NCBI GenBank assembly: GCA_002293425.1
Contig: DBDE01000043.1
Coordinates: 41,021 to 105,020 of the forward strand
DNA from: Alistipes sp. UBA940
GTDB taxonomy: Bacteria; Bacteroidota; Bacteroidia; Bacteroidales; Rikenellaceae
DNA length: 64,000 bases
Direction of reading: 5' to 3'
Shown here: piece after piece, positions 45,256 to 54,408 of the stretch
Position numbering within the stretch: the stretch's first letter is position 1
Layout: every line of letters starts with the position of its first letter
The notes under the pieces: model-generated
Database searches by the model: none
The model's input: only the letters and a program-made list of their open reading frames with translations
Told to the model about the DNA's origin: nothing
Translations under genes and position numbers: made by a program

Positions 45256-45376
45256 CCACGGCGGGGTGGTAGCTTCTGCGTTAGCTTGTTCCGCGTATCT
45301 TGGGCGCCGCGTAGCCACTCGTCTCTCGTCTCTCGTCACTCGTCACTCGTAATTGTTTTGTTTGGTCCATTGCTCT

Positions 45377-45604
45377 TTACGCAGGGCGAATGCACCGGAC
45401 GGAGAAACGAGCGGTCTTAGTGGTATTGCTGGCTGGGATGACTTGCGTGCTTGTGAAGGTCAGGTCGTAGGCGTAGGAGGTATTGGATGGCTCCCGAGTA
45501 GCAGACCAGTAATAACCGGCCGAGCTCTGAAGGGCGCCGCTGCCAAAGCGGCCTGAAGCTGAGAAGATCATATCACCTCGCCTTGCAGCGTAGCGGAAGA
45601 GCAA
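45377..45604 (-). pseudogene. Orphan 3' fragment of a lectin-fold (DGR-target-like / Fib_succ_major-like) gene
   Basis: The 75-aa ORF ends ...AGYYWSATREPSNTSYAYDLTFTSTQVIPASNTTKTARFSVRCIRPA. This aligns with the C-terminus of the DGR target (GNYWASTP...FSVRCLAQ). Its 5' part overlaps the end of miaB in another frame and has no upstream domain. Confidence 0.5.
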
Positions 45605-46881
45605 CCGGTGACGCGGACTCGCAGATAATCGCCCGCGCGATGCTCCGCGCCATCCGCCCCAAAACGCCCGACCACGACAACCTTATTCTGCGACGTACGC
45701 CCAAAAACCCGCTCCGACGACCTCTTCGACACCCCCTCAACCAAAATCTCGAACTCACGCCCCACATCGCGCCGATTCGAAGCCAACGACAACTCATTCT
45801 GCAACCCAATGATCTCGGCCAACCGAGCCGTCTTCACCGCCTCCGCAACATCGTCCGCCATAGTCCGCGCCGCAACAGTGTCCGGCCGCTCGGAGTACTT
45901 AAACATATAAGCAAACTCATACCCAACCTCCCGCATCAACGACAACGTGGCCGCGTGATCCTCAGCCGTCTCGCCGCAAAATCCGGCAATCACATCGGTC
46001 GAAATAGCGCAATCGGGCATCACCCGCCGAATAGCCGCAATACGGTCGAGATACCACTCGCGCGTATATTTCCGGTTCATCAGCTCCAACATACGCGTGC
46101 TGCCGCTCTGCGCCGGAAGGTGAATGGCACGGCAAATATTGGGCGTGGCGGCCATCACCTCCAACAGCCTGTCGGTCAAATCCTTGGGGTGCGACGTGGC
46201 AAACCGAACACGCAAAAGTGGACTCACCGCCGCCACCCGCCGCAAAAGTTCGGGAAAGTCGACCTGTTCAAAAGTGTATGAATTGACATTCTGTCCCAGC
46301 AACGTCACCTCGCGGTAACCGGCCGCAAACAGCTCGCCCACCTCGCGCAAAATGGTCTGCGGATCGCGACTCCGCTCCCGTCCGCGCGTGTAGGGCACCA
46401 CGCAATAAGAGCAAAAATTGTTGCACCCGCGCATAATCGACACAAACGCACTCACACCCCGTTCATCGAGCCTGACAGGCGAAATCTCGGCATAGGTCTC
46501 CTCCTTGCTCAGCTCGGTGTTCACCCCGCCGCCCTGCGCAAGCAATTCCGGCAACGAGCGATAACCGTCGGGGCCCACAACCAGGTCGACCGCCGGACGC
46601 TCAGTCAGGATCTGCTCCCTCAACCGCTCGGCCATACAGCCCAAAATACCCAGCACGGTGCCCTGACGACGCTTTTTCAGCGCGCCCAACTCATCCAGCC
46701 GATGCCACACCCGCTCCTCGGCATTGTCGCGAATGGAGCAGGTGTTGAGCAAAACCACGTCGGCATCGCGCACATCCGAAGCGCGCTCGAAGCCCCCCGT
46801 GCCGCACAAAATCGCCATCACGGTCTCGCTGTCGACCACGTTCATCTGGCACCCGTATGTCTCGATCCAAACTCGTTTCAT
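45568..46881 (-). CDS. miaB: tRNA (i6A37) methylthiotransferase
   Basis: 437 aa with ETYGCQMN (UPF0004 cluster), radical SAM MRGCNNFCSYCVVPYTRG and a C-terminal TRAM domain. Confidence 0.9.
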   Translation of the reverse strand: MKRVWIETYGCQMNVVDSETVMAILCGTGGFERASDVRDADVVLLNTCSIRDNAEERVWHRLDELGALKKRRQGTVLGILGCMAERLREQILTERPAVDLVVGPDGYRSLPELLAQGGGVNTELSKEETYAEISPVRLDERGVSAFVSIMRGCNNFCSYCVVPYTRGRERSRDPQTILREVGELFAAGYREVTLLGQNVNSYTFEQVDFPELLRRVAAVSPLLRVRFATSHPKDLTDRLLEVMAATPNICRAIHLPAQSGSTRMLELMNRKYTREWYLDRIAAIRRVMPDCAISTDVIAGFCGETAEDHAATLSLMREVGYEFAYMFKYSERPDTVAARTMADDVAEAVKTARLAEIIGLQNELSLASNRRDVGREFEILVEGVSKRSSERVFGRTSQNKVVVVGRFGADGAEHRAGDYLRVRVTGCSSATLQGEVI

Positions 46882-46899
46882 TTCCGAACTCGAATAACC

Positions 46900-48156
46900 T
46901 TACAGAGTGGTCAGTCGCAAATTGCGGAACAGCACCTTGATGCCGCCGCCGTCGTGGATTTGCAAAGCCAGGCGACCCTGTTTTTTGGTGAACGCAACGT
47001 CGGTAAAGTCGGTCACCAACTCCCCGTTGAGCCAAACCTGCGCCGTATCGCCCACAACCTTCACCCGCATAGTGTTCCACCCATCCACCAGCTTATCCTC
47101 CGCCGGACGGGTCAACCAACCGCGACCATAGCTCTCGTAAATTCCGCCCGAGTCGTGACCAGCCGGAGCAACCTCCACCTGCCAGCCGTTGACCATCGCG
47201 GGCGGCAAAACTATCGAGCGGAAGAAGAAGCCGCTGTTGCCGTTGGAGAGTTGATTGAACTCGAATGTGGCGTCGAAATCGTCATAATATTCCCTTGTCG
47301 CAAGGTAGCCGTATTGCTTGTCCTCGCCGCTCTCGACAACGATGCACCCATCCTCGACGTAGAACTTTTCGGTGCCGTAGACCACCCAATTATCGAGATC
47401 GGTGCCATTGAACAGCTCCACTTCACGACCGGCTTTGCGCGGCAACTCTTTGATCTTCACATTGCGGAACGAGGCCGGATAGCCGTGGTCCTGCAAGCAA
47501 ATCAAACCCCGATGCGCAAGTCCGTATTCGGGCGCATGGGCCCACTTGCCACTATCGCGGCGGGCAAACCAATCGTCGGTCCACGCCTCATATTCGATGG
47601 TCTTCACCCCGTTGAGCCAATACTCGACGTGGCCGTTGTCGAAGATAATTTCGGACCTGTTCCACTCCCCGGGAGGGTTGATAGTGACGGTCGAGTGGTC
47701 GGGCAAGTACATCGCATAGTCGACCCCCATACTCTGCCAATCGGCCAGCTTTTCGCCTGTCTGCGCTTCATAGCCTTCGACGTCGATGAGCTGATATTCG
47801 GGTCCGGTGATGTACGGAACGGTAAACTCGGGCCGCTCGACAACGTGGTACAGGATGCCGCTGTTGCCGCCCTCTGACAACTTCCAGTCGATGCTGAAGT
47901 GGAAATTCTCATACTCGCGGTCGGTGACGATATAGCCACTCGCGTCGCTGCCACTGCCGTCGGCCTGAATCGCGCCGTCCACCACGTGCCAACCCGTCAA
48001 CCCGACAGCGTTGAAATTGCGCCACCCGTCCAGCGATTGTCCGTCGAACAGCAACTGCCACCCGTCGGCCGTCTCGGCCTCGGTCAACACATTGGTCTTC
48101 TGTCCGCAAGCAGACAAAACTAAAAGTAAAAAACTAAAAACTAAAAACTGTTTCAT
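46900..48156 (-). CDS. Secreted protein with two DUF1080 (3-keto-disaccharide hydrolase-like) domains
   Basis: I prefer the ATG at 48156 (MKQFLVFSFLLLVLSAC lipobox). DGWQLLFDGQSLDGWRNF...GWHVVDGAI and a second FNGTDLDNWVVYG...FYVEDGCI are present, and each domain ends with an IKV/FRN motif. Confidence 0.75.
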   Translation of the reverse strand: MKQFLVFSFLLLVLSACGQKTNVLTEAETADGWQLLFDGQSLDGWRNFNAVGLTGWHVVDGAIQADGSGSDASGYIVTDREYENFHFSIDWKLSEGGNSGILYHVVERPEFTVPYITGPEYQLIDVEGYEAQTGEKLADWQSMGVDYAMYLPDHSTVTINPPGEWNRSEIIFDNGHVEYWLNGVKTIEYEAWTDDWFARRDSGKWAHAPEYGLAHRGLICLQDHGYPASFRNVKIKELPRKAGREVELFNGTDLDNWVVYGTEKFYVEDGCIVVESGEDKQYGYLATREYYDDFDATFEFNQLSNGNSGFFFRSIVLPPAMVNGWQVEVAPAGHDSGGIYESYGRGWLTRPAEDKLVDGWNTMRVKVVGDTAQVWLNGELVTDFTDVAFTKKQGRLALQIHDGGGIKVLFRNLRLTTL

Positions 48157-48191
48157 AATATTTAGATAATTTAGGTAATTTAGGTAATCGG

Positions 48192-48977
48192 CTAACGCGA
48201 CGCTTTTTTCATTTGCGAAGCACTGTTCCATATCTCCCAATTGCGTTCGGCCTGGGCTTCGAGCATCGAACGGCCGTTCAGCGTCCTCGCGCCGCGCCAT
48301 TTCCCCTCGGCCAAAAACGCGGTCAGTGGCGGATTGTAGATCAGATCGTAAAGATAGTGTCCGCTCCCGATCGCCCCATAAGGTATCGGCGGCTTCTCCC
48401 CCACCCGCGGCGACATCCCGAGCGGAGTGGTGTTGACTATCAATTTATGACTATTAACGACCAACGGCGTCAACTCGTCATACTGCGGGCGCGAAACAGT
48501 GCGAAAGTCGATGCCCCTGCTACGCAGAACATAGCACACCGCCGCCGAAGCCCCGCCCGTTCCCAGAACCATTGCCCGTAAGCTCTCGGCCCGACCCCGA
48601 CCCCCCACGGGGCGGGCCGACGGACTTGCAGGCAAGTCCGAAAAAAAACCATCTCCCAACAAACTCCGCAACCCCACCTCGAACCCATAAGCATCGGTGT
48701 TGTAACCCCACAACTCCCCGCCCACGATCTTCACGCAATTCACCGCCCCGATCTGTTGCGCCTCGGGCGAAAGGTGGTCGATGAAACGAACAACCTCCTT
48801 CTTGTAAGGTATCGTCACATTGAACCCTTCCAACTCGCGATTTCGAGCGAGCATATCGGGCAAATCGTCGATAGCCGGAAGCTCAAAATTGAGATACCTC
48901 ACACCGTACTTCTGTTCGAAATAGCCCTTCGAAAAGGAGTGTCCCAACGGATTGCCTATGATTCCCAGTGTTCTCAC
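48192..48977 (-). CDS. aroE: Shikimate dehydrogenase
   Basis: I prefer the GTG at 48977, which forms a GTGA overlap with the upstream gene. (M)RTLGIIGNPLGHSFSKGYF, NVTIPYK, GYNTD and LGTGGASAAV are present. Confidence 0.8.
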   Translation of the reverse strand: MRTLGIIGNPLGHSFSKGYFEQKYGVRYLNFELPAIDDLPDMLARNRELEGFNVTIPYKKEVVRFIDHLSPEAQQIGAVNCVKIVGGELWGYNTDAYGFEVGLRSLLGDGFFSDLPASPSARPVGGRGRAESLRAMVLGTGGASAAVCYVLRSRGIDFRTVSRPQYDELTPLVVNSHKLIVNTTPLGMSPRVGEKPPIPYGAIGSGHYLYDLIYNPPLTAFLAEGKWRGARTLNGRSMLEAQAERNWEIWNSASQMKKASR

Positions 48978-49600
48978 AAAAAATAACGCACCAAAACAAA
49001 TCCGCCCACCAACAGCACCGTAAAACCCAACGCCAGCCAATTGAAATAGCGGTCGATAAAGACCTTGATCGGAGCTCCTAACCGCCAGATCAACCACGCC
49101 TCGACGAAAAACCTCAGGCCCCGCGAAACAATCCCCGCCACAACGAAACCCACCAAATCTATCCCGAACAGCCCCCCCGCAATGGTAAACAACTTAAACG
49201 GGATCGGCGTAAACCCAGCCGTGAAAATTATCCAAAAATCCCACTTGTCGAACAAAGCCTTCACCGTCTCGAACCCCTCGACCGTAAAAATGCCGCGCTC
49301 GAAAAACCAATTGGCCAACCCCGTGTACTCTCCCGCCGCCGTCTGCCACAAAAAGTACCCTATCGCATAACCCCCCAACGCCCCCAAAACCGAAAACAGC
49401 GTACACACAAAGGCGTAAAAAAATGCCCTCTTGGGCCGCCCCAAACAAAGTGCCAACAACAACACATCGGGCGGAACGGGGAAAAACGAGCTCTCCACAA
49501 ACGACAACACCCCCAAAGCCGCCGTCCCCCAGCGCGACTCGCTCCAACCCAAAACCCAATCGTAAAGACGACGCACAAAATTCATTGTGCGAAGATACAA
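48974..49600 (-). CDS. DedA/YqaA-family membrane protein
   Basis: 208 aa with FVESSFFPVPPDVLL, typical of this family. The start may be at 49585. Confidence 0.75.
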   Translation of the reverse strand: MYLRTMNFVRRLYDWVLGWSESRWGTAALGVLSFVESSFFPVPPDVLLLALCLGRPKRAFFYAFVCTLFSVLGALGGYAIGYFLWQTAAGEYTGLANWFFERGIFTVEGFETVKALFDKWDFWIIFTAGFTPIPFKLFTIAGGLFGIDLVGFVVAGIVSRGLRFFVEAWLIWRLGAPIKVFIDRYFNWLALGFTVLLVGGFVLVRYFL

Positions 49601-49608
49601 TATTTTCT

Positions 49609-49616
49609 TAACTTTG
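49609..49616 (+). promoter_or_regulatory. Bacteroidetes -7 promoter box for korAB
   Basis: TAACTTTG, 8 nt upstream of the ATG at 49625. Confidence 0.45.
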
Positions 49617-49624
49617 TGTCCGTT

Positions 49625-51448
49625 ATGGAGAAGATTATCAAAGACGCCGTCGTGCGCTTCTCGGGCGACTCGGGCGACGGAATGCAGCTCACCGGAACAC
49701 TCTTTTCAGACGCCGGAGCACTGAGCGGCCACGGCATTTCCACCTTTCCCGACTATCCGTCGGAGATTCGCGCGCCGCAAGGCACGGTCGCCGGGGTGTC
49801 GGGTTTTCAGGTGCACCTTGGTTCGCGAAAAATGGCCACTCCGGGGGACAAATGCGATGCCCTGGTGGCAATGAACCCCGCGGCATTGAAAGCCAACACG
49901 CGGTGGCTGAAACGCGACTCGACCATCATCGTCGATGCTGATGCCTTTACAGACAAAGAGTTCAGGAAGGCCGGTTTTGTTGACAACGACCCCATTGGGG
50001 AGTTGGGGTTGACGGACTATAACATAGTGATGTGTCATATCACGACGATGACCCGCGATGCGCTCGACGGGCTGGGGTTGGACAACAAAAGTGCCGCCCG
50101 ATGCAAAAATATGTTCGCGCTGGGGATATGCTTATACCTCTACAACATCCCTCTCGACCACACTTTGAGCTATATTTCACGGAAATTCAAGGGCGCGATG
50201 GTGGAGGCCAACTCCCGAGTGTTGAATGCGGGCTATAATTTTGCCGCCAATAACCACCTCTTCGCAAATACCTACGACGTGCCCAAGGCGACGTTGGAAA
50301 AGGGCACATACCGAACCATCAACGGCAACCAGGCGACGGCGTGGGGGCTTATCGCGGCGGCGGAGAAGAGCGGACGCCCATTGTTTTGCGGCTCATACCC
50401 CATCACTCCCGCCACCGTCATACTCGAAGAGCTGGCCAAGAGGCGCGACCTGGGCGTGAAGACCGTTCAGGCCGAGGACGAAATTGCGGGCATCTGCACG
50501 GCGATTGGGGCGGCCTTTGCGGGCAATTTTGCCGTCACCACAACTTCGGGACCGGGCCTGTCGCTCAAAAGCGAAGCGATGGGGCTGGCCGTGATGACCG
50601 AACTGCCGCTGGTTATCGTGGATGTGCAACGGGGCGGACCATCCACGGGTTTGCCGACCAAGACCGAGCAGAGCGACCTGTTGCAGGCACTGTATGGGCG
50701 CAATGGCGAGGCTCCGATGGTGGTCGTTGCCGCTTCGACCCCCAGCGACTGTTTCCACTATGCGTTCTGGGCGGGCAAGATCGCGATGGAGCGAATGACG
50801 CCCGTGCTGCTGCTCACCGACGGTTTCATCGCCAACGGAAGCGAGCCGTGGCGAGTGCCTTCTCTGGGAGATTATCCTTCGATAGCTCCGCCTATCGTCA
50901 GCGAGTTGAAGGACGAGATATACTTTTGCTATGACCGCGACCCCGAAGCTTTTGCCCGCACGTGGGCCATTCCGGGCACAACGGGTTTGGAGCATCGTAT
51001 CGGCGGGTTGGAGAAGGACAAGCGGATAGGCTGTGTGAGCCACGACCCGGCCAACCACGCCGAGATGACGCGACTGAGAGCCGAAAAGGTGGCGAGGGTG
51101 GCCGATTTTCTGCCTGTCCAGGAGTTGCTGGGCGATGCGGAGGGCGACCTGCTCGTGGTCGGATGGGGTGGCACGCGCGGTCATCTGCAAACGGCGGTAG
51201 AGGAGATGTGCGCACGGGGCAAACGTGTTTCGCTGTGCCATTTCAATTGGATAAACCCGTTGCCGCGCGGCGTGGAGGAGATATTCGGGCGGTTCAAACG
51301 GATCGTCGTGTGCGAATTGAATATGGGGCAGTTTGCGGGTTACCTGAGGATGAACCTGCCGCAGTTCACATACGAACAATGTAATAAGGTGCAGGGGTTG
51401 CCTTTTACGGTTGATGAGTTGTGTAAATGTTTTGAGAGTTATGTCTAA
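49625..51448 (+). CDS. korA: 2-oxoacid:ferredoxin oxidoreductase alpha subunit
   Basis: About 607 aa from the ATG at 49625 (MEKIIKDAVVRFSGDSGDGMQLTG...). SYPITPAT and the gamma/alpha fusion architecture are present. Confidence 0.85.
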   Translation: MEKIIKDAVVRFSGDSGDGMQLTGTLFSDAGALSGHGISTFPDYPSEIRAPQGTVAGVSGFQVHLGSRKMATPGDKCDALVAMNPAALKANTRWLKRDSTIIVDADAFTDKEFRKAGFVDNDPIGELGLTDYNIVMCHITTMTRDALDGLGLDNKSAARCKNMFALGICLYLYNIPLDHTLSYISRKFKGAMVEANSRVLNAGYNFAANNHLFANTYDVPKATLEKGTYRTINGNQATAWGLIAAAEKSGRPLFCGSYPITPATVILEELAKRRDLGVKTVQAEDEIAGICTAIGAAFAGNFAVTTTSGPGLSLKSEAMGLAVMTELPLVIVDVQRGGPSTGLPTKTEQSDLLQALYGRNGEAPMVVVAASTPSDCFHYAFWAGKIAMERMTPVLLLTDGFIANGSEPWRVPSLGDYPSIAPPIVSELKDEIYFCYDRDPEAFARTWAIPGTTGLEHRIGGLEKDKRIGCVSHDPANHAEMTRLRAEKVARVADFLPVQELLGDAEGDLLVVGWGGTRGHLQTAVEEMCARGKRVSLCHFNWINPLPRGVEEIFGRFKRIVVCELNMGQFAGYLRMNLPQFTYEQCNKVQGLPFTVDELCKCFESYV

Positions 51449-52451
51449 TTGTATCTATTCCGCCGCCGATTTTCGGAGCGACCAAGAGGTGAAATGGTGT
51501 CCGGGTTGCGGCGACCACGCGGTGCTCAGCTCGATGCAAAACGCGTTGGCACAAATCGCCTCCGAAGACGGTGTCCCGAGAGAGAAATTTGCCGTGGTGA
51601 GTGGCATCGGCTGCTCGTCGCGGTTCCCCTATTATGTGCGCACGTACGGCTTCCACGGCATCCACGGGCGGGCGGCCGCCATCGCAACGGGTGTCAAGGT
51701 GGCCAATCCCGAGCTCAACGTGTGGGTGGCGACGGGCGACGGCGACGCGCTGGCTATCGGCGGCAACCACTTTATCCACGCCGTACGCAGGAATGTGGAT
51801 ATGAGTATGGTGCTGTTCAACAACGAGATCTACGGTCTCACCAAGGGGCAATATTCGCCCACGACCAAGATCGGCAAGGTAACCAAAACCTCGCCGTTCG
51901 GCACGGTCGAAAAGCCGTTCAAGCCGGGCGAACTGGCCATCGGCGCGGGCGGAACCTTCTTTGCCCGCAGCGTCGACGCCGAAGTTAAGTTGACCCAGGA
52001 GTTGCTGGTCGCCGCGGCGCGCCATAGGGGTATGGCGGTGGTGGAGACGCTGGTCAACTGCGTGATATTCAACGACAAAACCCACGCCGCCTATGCGGGC
52101 GACAAAGCCACAAGAGTCGAAAACACCATTGTTCTGCGCCACGGAGAGCGGATGGTGTTCGGTTCGGCGGGCGACAGGGGGCTGGCACTCGACGGGCAGA
52201 GGCTCCGGGTGGTCGATTCCGATTCGCCCGATGTTTTGGTACACGACGCCCACAGTCCCAATCCGATGGTCCATTTCCTGCTGGCGGGTATGTCGTGGCC
52301 CGAGTTTCCGGTCGCGCTGGGCATCATAAGACAGGTCGACGCGCCCACCTATGATGCCGAAGTTGCGCGCCAGGTGGAAGAGGTGCGTTCTGCGGCGACC
52401 CTTTGCGATGTCGATTCGTTGTTGCATTCAGGTTCGGTGTGGGAGGTGTGA
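51441..52451 (+). CDS. korB: 2-oxoacid:ferredoxin oxidoreductase beta subunit
   Basis: Start at the ATG at 51441, overlapping the korA stop. WCPGCGDH is present, with the TPP-binding GDGD...GGNH...NNEIYGLTKGQ. Confidence 0.85.
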   Translation: MSNCIYSAADFRSDQEVKWCPGCGDHAVLSSMQNALAQIASEDGVPREKFAVVSGIGCSSRFPYYVRTYGFHGIHGRAAAIATGVKVANPELNVWVATGDGDALAIGGNHFIHAVRRNVDMSMVLFNNEIYGLTKGQYSPTTKIGKVTKTSPFGTVEKPFKPGELAIGAGGTFFARSVDAEVKLTQELLVAAARHRGMAVVETLVNCVIFNDKTHAAYAGDKATRVENTIVLRHGERMVFGSAGDRGLALDGQRLRVVDSDSPDVLVHDAHSPNPMVHFLLAGMSWPEFPVALGIIRQVDAPTYDAEVARQVEEVRSAATLCDVDSLLHSGSVWEV

Positions 52452-53578
52452 TCGACAGGGCTCTGGCCTGCGAGGATTTAAGGGAAGACGAGGTTCTATG
52501 GCTTCTCACCGAGGCTCCGCTTCATCGGGTTGCCGCGGCGGCGGACGAGGTGAGGCGGCGGGAAGTGGCTGACCCACAGGTGGTTACGTGGCAGATAGAT
52601 CGCAACGTCAACATCACCAACGTGTGTGTTTCGGGCTGCAAGTTCTGCAATTTTCATTGCGCGGCGGGTTCGAAAAAGGCTTATGTTTTGGCTTTGGAGG
52701 AGTATGTTCCTCTCGTCGAACAGACGTTGGCACTCGGCGGCGACCAGTTGTTGCTTCAGGGCGGGCTCCATCCGGCGTTGGGTATCGGGTTTTATGAGGA
52801 ACTTTTCTCGGGGCTTAAACGCCTTTTTTCGCAGTTGCGGCTCCACGCGCTGGGGGCTCCCGAGGTGGCACATATTGCGCGGCTGAGCTCTATTTCGGTG
52901 CGGGAAACGTTGGAACGGCTCCTCGCCGCCGGTCTCGATTCGCTCCCCGGGGCGGGTGCGGAGATACTTGTCGAGAGCGTTCGCCGCCGCATTTCTCCAG
53001 CCAAGCCGACCGCGGCAGAGTGGCTCGACGTGATGCGTGAGGCCCACCGGATGAATATTCCCACCTCGGCCACGATGATGTATGGCCACGTCGAGACTCC
53101 GCGCGACATTGCGGAACATCTGTTGAAAATTCGCGATTTGCAGGCGTCGCGGCCGGCGGGAACTTATGGTTTCGTAGCCTTCATTCCGTGGATTTTCCGC
53201 AGTGCGGGGACTGCTTTGGAACGGGAAATGCTTGCCAATCCTGATCAATTCCCCTCCTTGCTAAGGAGGGGTGGACGCGGAGCGGACGGGGTGGTAGCTC
53301 CGTTAAATTATCTGCGGATCATAGCCGTCAGTCGGCTGGTGCTCAACAACATTGCCAACATTCAGGCGTCGTGGTTGACGGTGGGGGTAGAGACGGCGCA
53401 GATGGCCCTGCATAGCGGGGCGAACGATATGGGATCGATTATGATCGAGGAGCGGGTTGTTTCGTCGGCCGGGGCGCGCAATCGCCTCGACTCCGAGGGT
53501 ATCCAAACCGCTATTCGCACCGCCGGCTTCACTCCCCGCCTGCGCGATCAGCTGTATCGGTTGCGGGGCGAAGAATAG
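52448..53578 (+). CDS. Radical SAM enzyme of the CofH/MqnC/MqnE (futalosine pathway-like) family
   Basis: I prefer the GTG at 52448, which forms a GTGA overlap with korB. NITNVCVSGCKFCNF is the CxxxCxxC cluster, and GGLHP and TMMYGHVET are present. I cannot distinguish MqnC from MqnE by eye. Confidence 0.65.
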   Translation: MIDRALACEDLREDEVLWLLTEAPLHRVAAAADEVRRREVADPQVVTWQIDRNVNITNVCVSGCKFCNFHCAAGSKKAYVLALEEYVPLVEQTLALGGDQLLLQGGLHPALGIGFYEELFSGLKRLFSQLRLHALGAPEVAHIARLSSISVRETLERLLAAGLDSLPGAGAEILVESVRRRISPAKPTAAEWLDVMREAHRMNIPTSATMMYGHVETPRDIAEHLLKIRDLQASRPAGTYGFVAFIPWIFRSAGTALEREMLANPDQFPSLLRRGGRGADGVVAPLNYLRIIAVSRLVLNNIANIQASWLTVGVETAQMALHSGANDMGSIMIEERVVSSAGARNRLDSEGIQTAIRTAGFTPRLRDQLYRLRGEE

Positions 53579-54393
53579 ATCTCGGTGCCGCCATATCGGG
53601 GCTGAGAGAGGTTTTCGGCCGCGCAGATTACGACGCTCGAAACCCCTTTTTCGGCCGCACGAAGTGCATTTTCGACCTTCGGGATCATCCCCCGATCGAC
53701 GATCCCTTGGGTTTTCAGCTCTTCAAATTTCGCTCTGTCGATGGTCGGAATGACTGACGACGGATCGTTCATATCCATCATAACTCCCTGATTTTCAAAG
53801 CAGTAGACCAACTCCACGCCATCTCGTCCTTTGTTTTTAAGCAACTGTTTTACACCGCTATCACGGCAAACTGCCAGTGCAACGGCAAGCGAACTCGCAA
53901 CAGTATCCGCATTAGTGTTGAGCAAGCCGCCGTTCTCGTCCATCGTGATGGGCGCAACGACGAGTGTTAATCCGATGTCGATAAGTTTGTTGATAAGTTC
54001 GACATTCACGCCCACCGGATCGCCCACAAAACCGTAGTCGACCAGCCGTTCGCCAACGTGAACAGGCGGACGTTTTTGCGAAATCATCAGTTTCCCATCC
54101 GCGCCACACAGCCCTATGGCATCGCATTTCAGATTCTGTAATTCACTCACTATCTGCTTGTTAACTCCATTGTACACCATCGTCACGACCCGCAATGTTT
54201 CGCTGTCGGTCACGCGGCGGCCCGCTATCATCTCGGTCTCGATGCCCATCGCGGCGGACATTTCGGTGGCGATTTTTCCACCCCCGTGTACAAGGATTTT
54301 CGGCCCTTCGAGAGCCGCGAAATCGCGCAAAAATGTGCTCAACCTCGTCGAGTTATCAACAATATTGCCCCCTATTTTAACAATTTTCAACAT
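53548..54393 (-). CDS. argB: Acetylglutamate kinase
   Basis: 281 aa with KIGGN, ILVHGGG and NTNADT. The 3' end overlaps the convergent radical SAM gene by 31 nt. Confidence 0.85.
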   Translation of the reverse strand: MLKIVKIGGNIVDNSTRLSTFLRDFAALEGPKILVHGGGKIATEMSAAMGIETEMIAGRRVTDSETLRVVTMVYNGVNKQIVSELQNLKCDAIGLCGADGKLMISQKRPPVHVGERLVDYGFVGDPVGVNVELINKLIDIGLTLVVAPITMDENGGLLNTNADTVASSLAVALAVCRDSGVKQLLKNKGRDGVELVYCFENQGVMMDMNDPSSVIPTIDRAKFEELKTQGIVDRGMIPKVENALRAAEKGVSSVVICAAENLSQPRYGGTEIYSSPRNRYS

Positions 54394-54408
54394 CTTGCCA
54401 ACAAGTTA

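Noticed and set aside
45377-45545. Second (remote) VR serviced by the DGR at 18830-21677.
   Set aside because: Nucleotide alignment with the TR shows many mismatches at positions that are not adenine in the TR. It is a homologous domain but not a cognate VR of this TR.
53548-53578. 31-nt convergent overlap of the radical SAM gene and argB as a regulatory antisense feature.
   Set aside because: Short convergent 3' overlaps are common in compact genomes, and nothing else in the sequence singles this one out.
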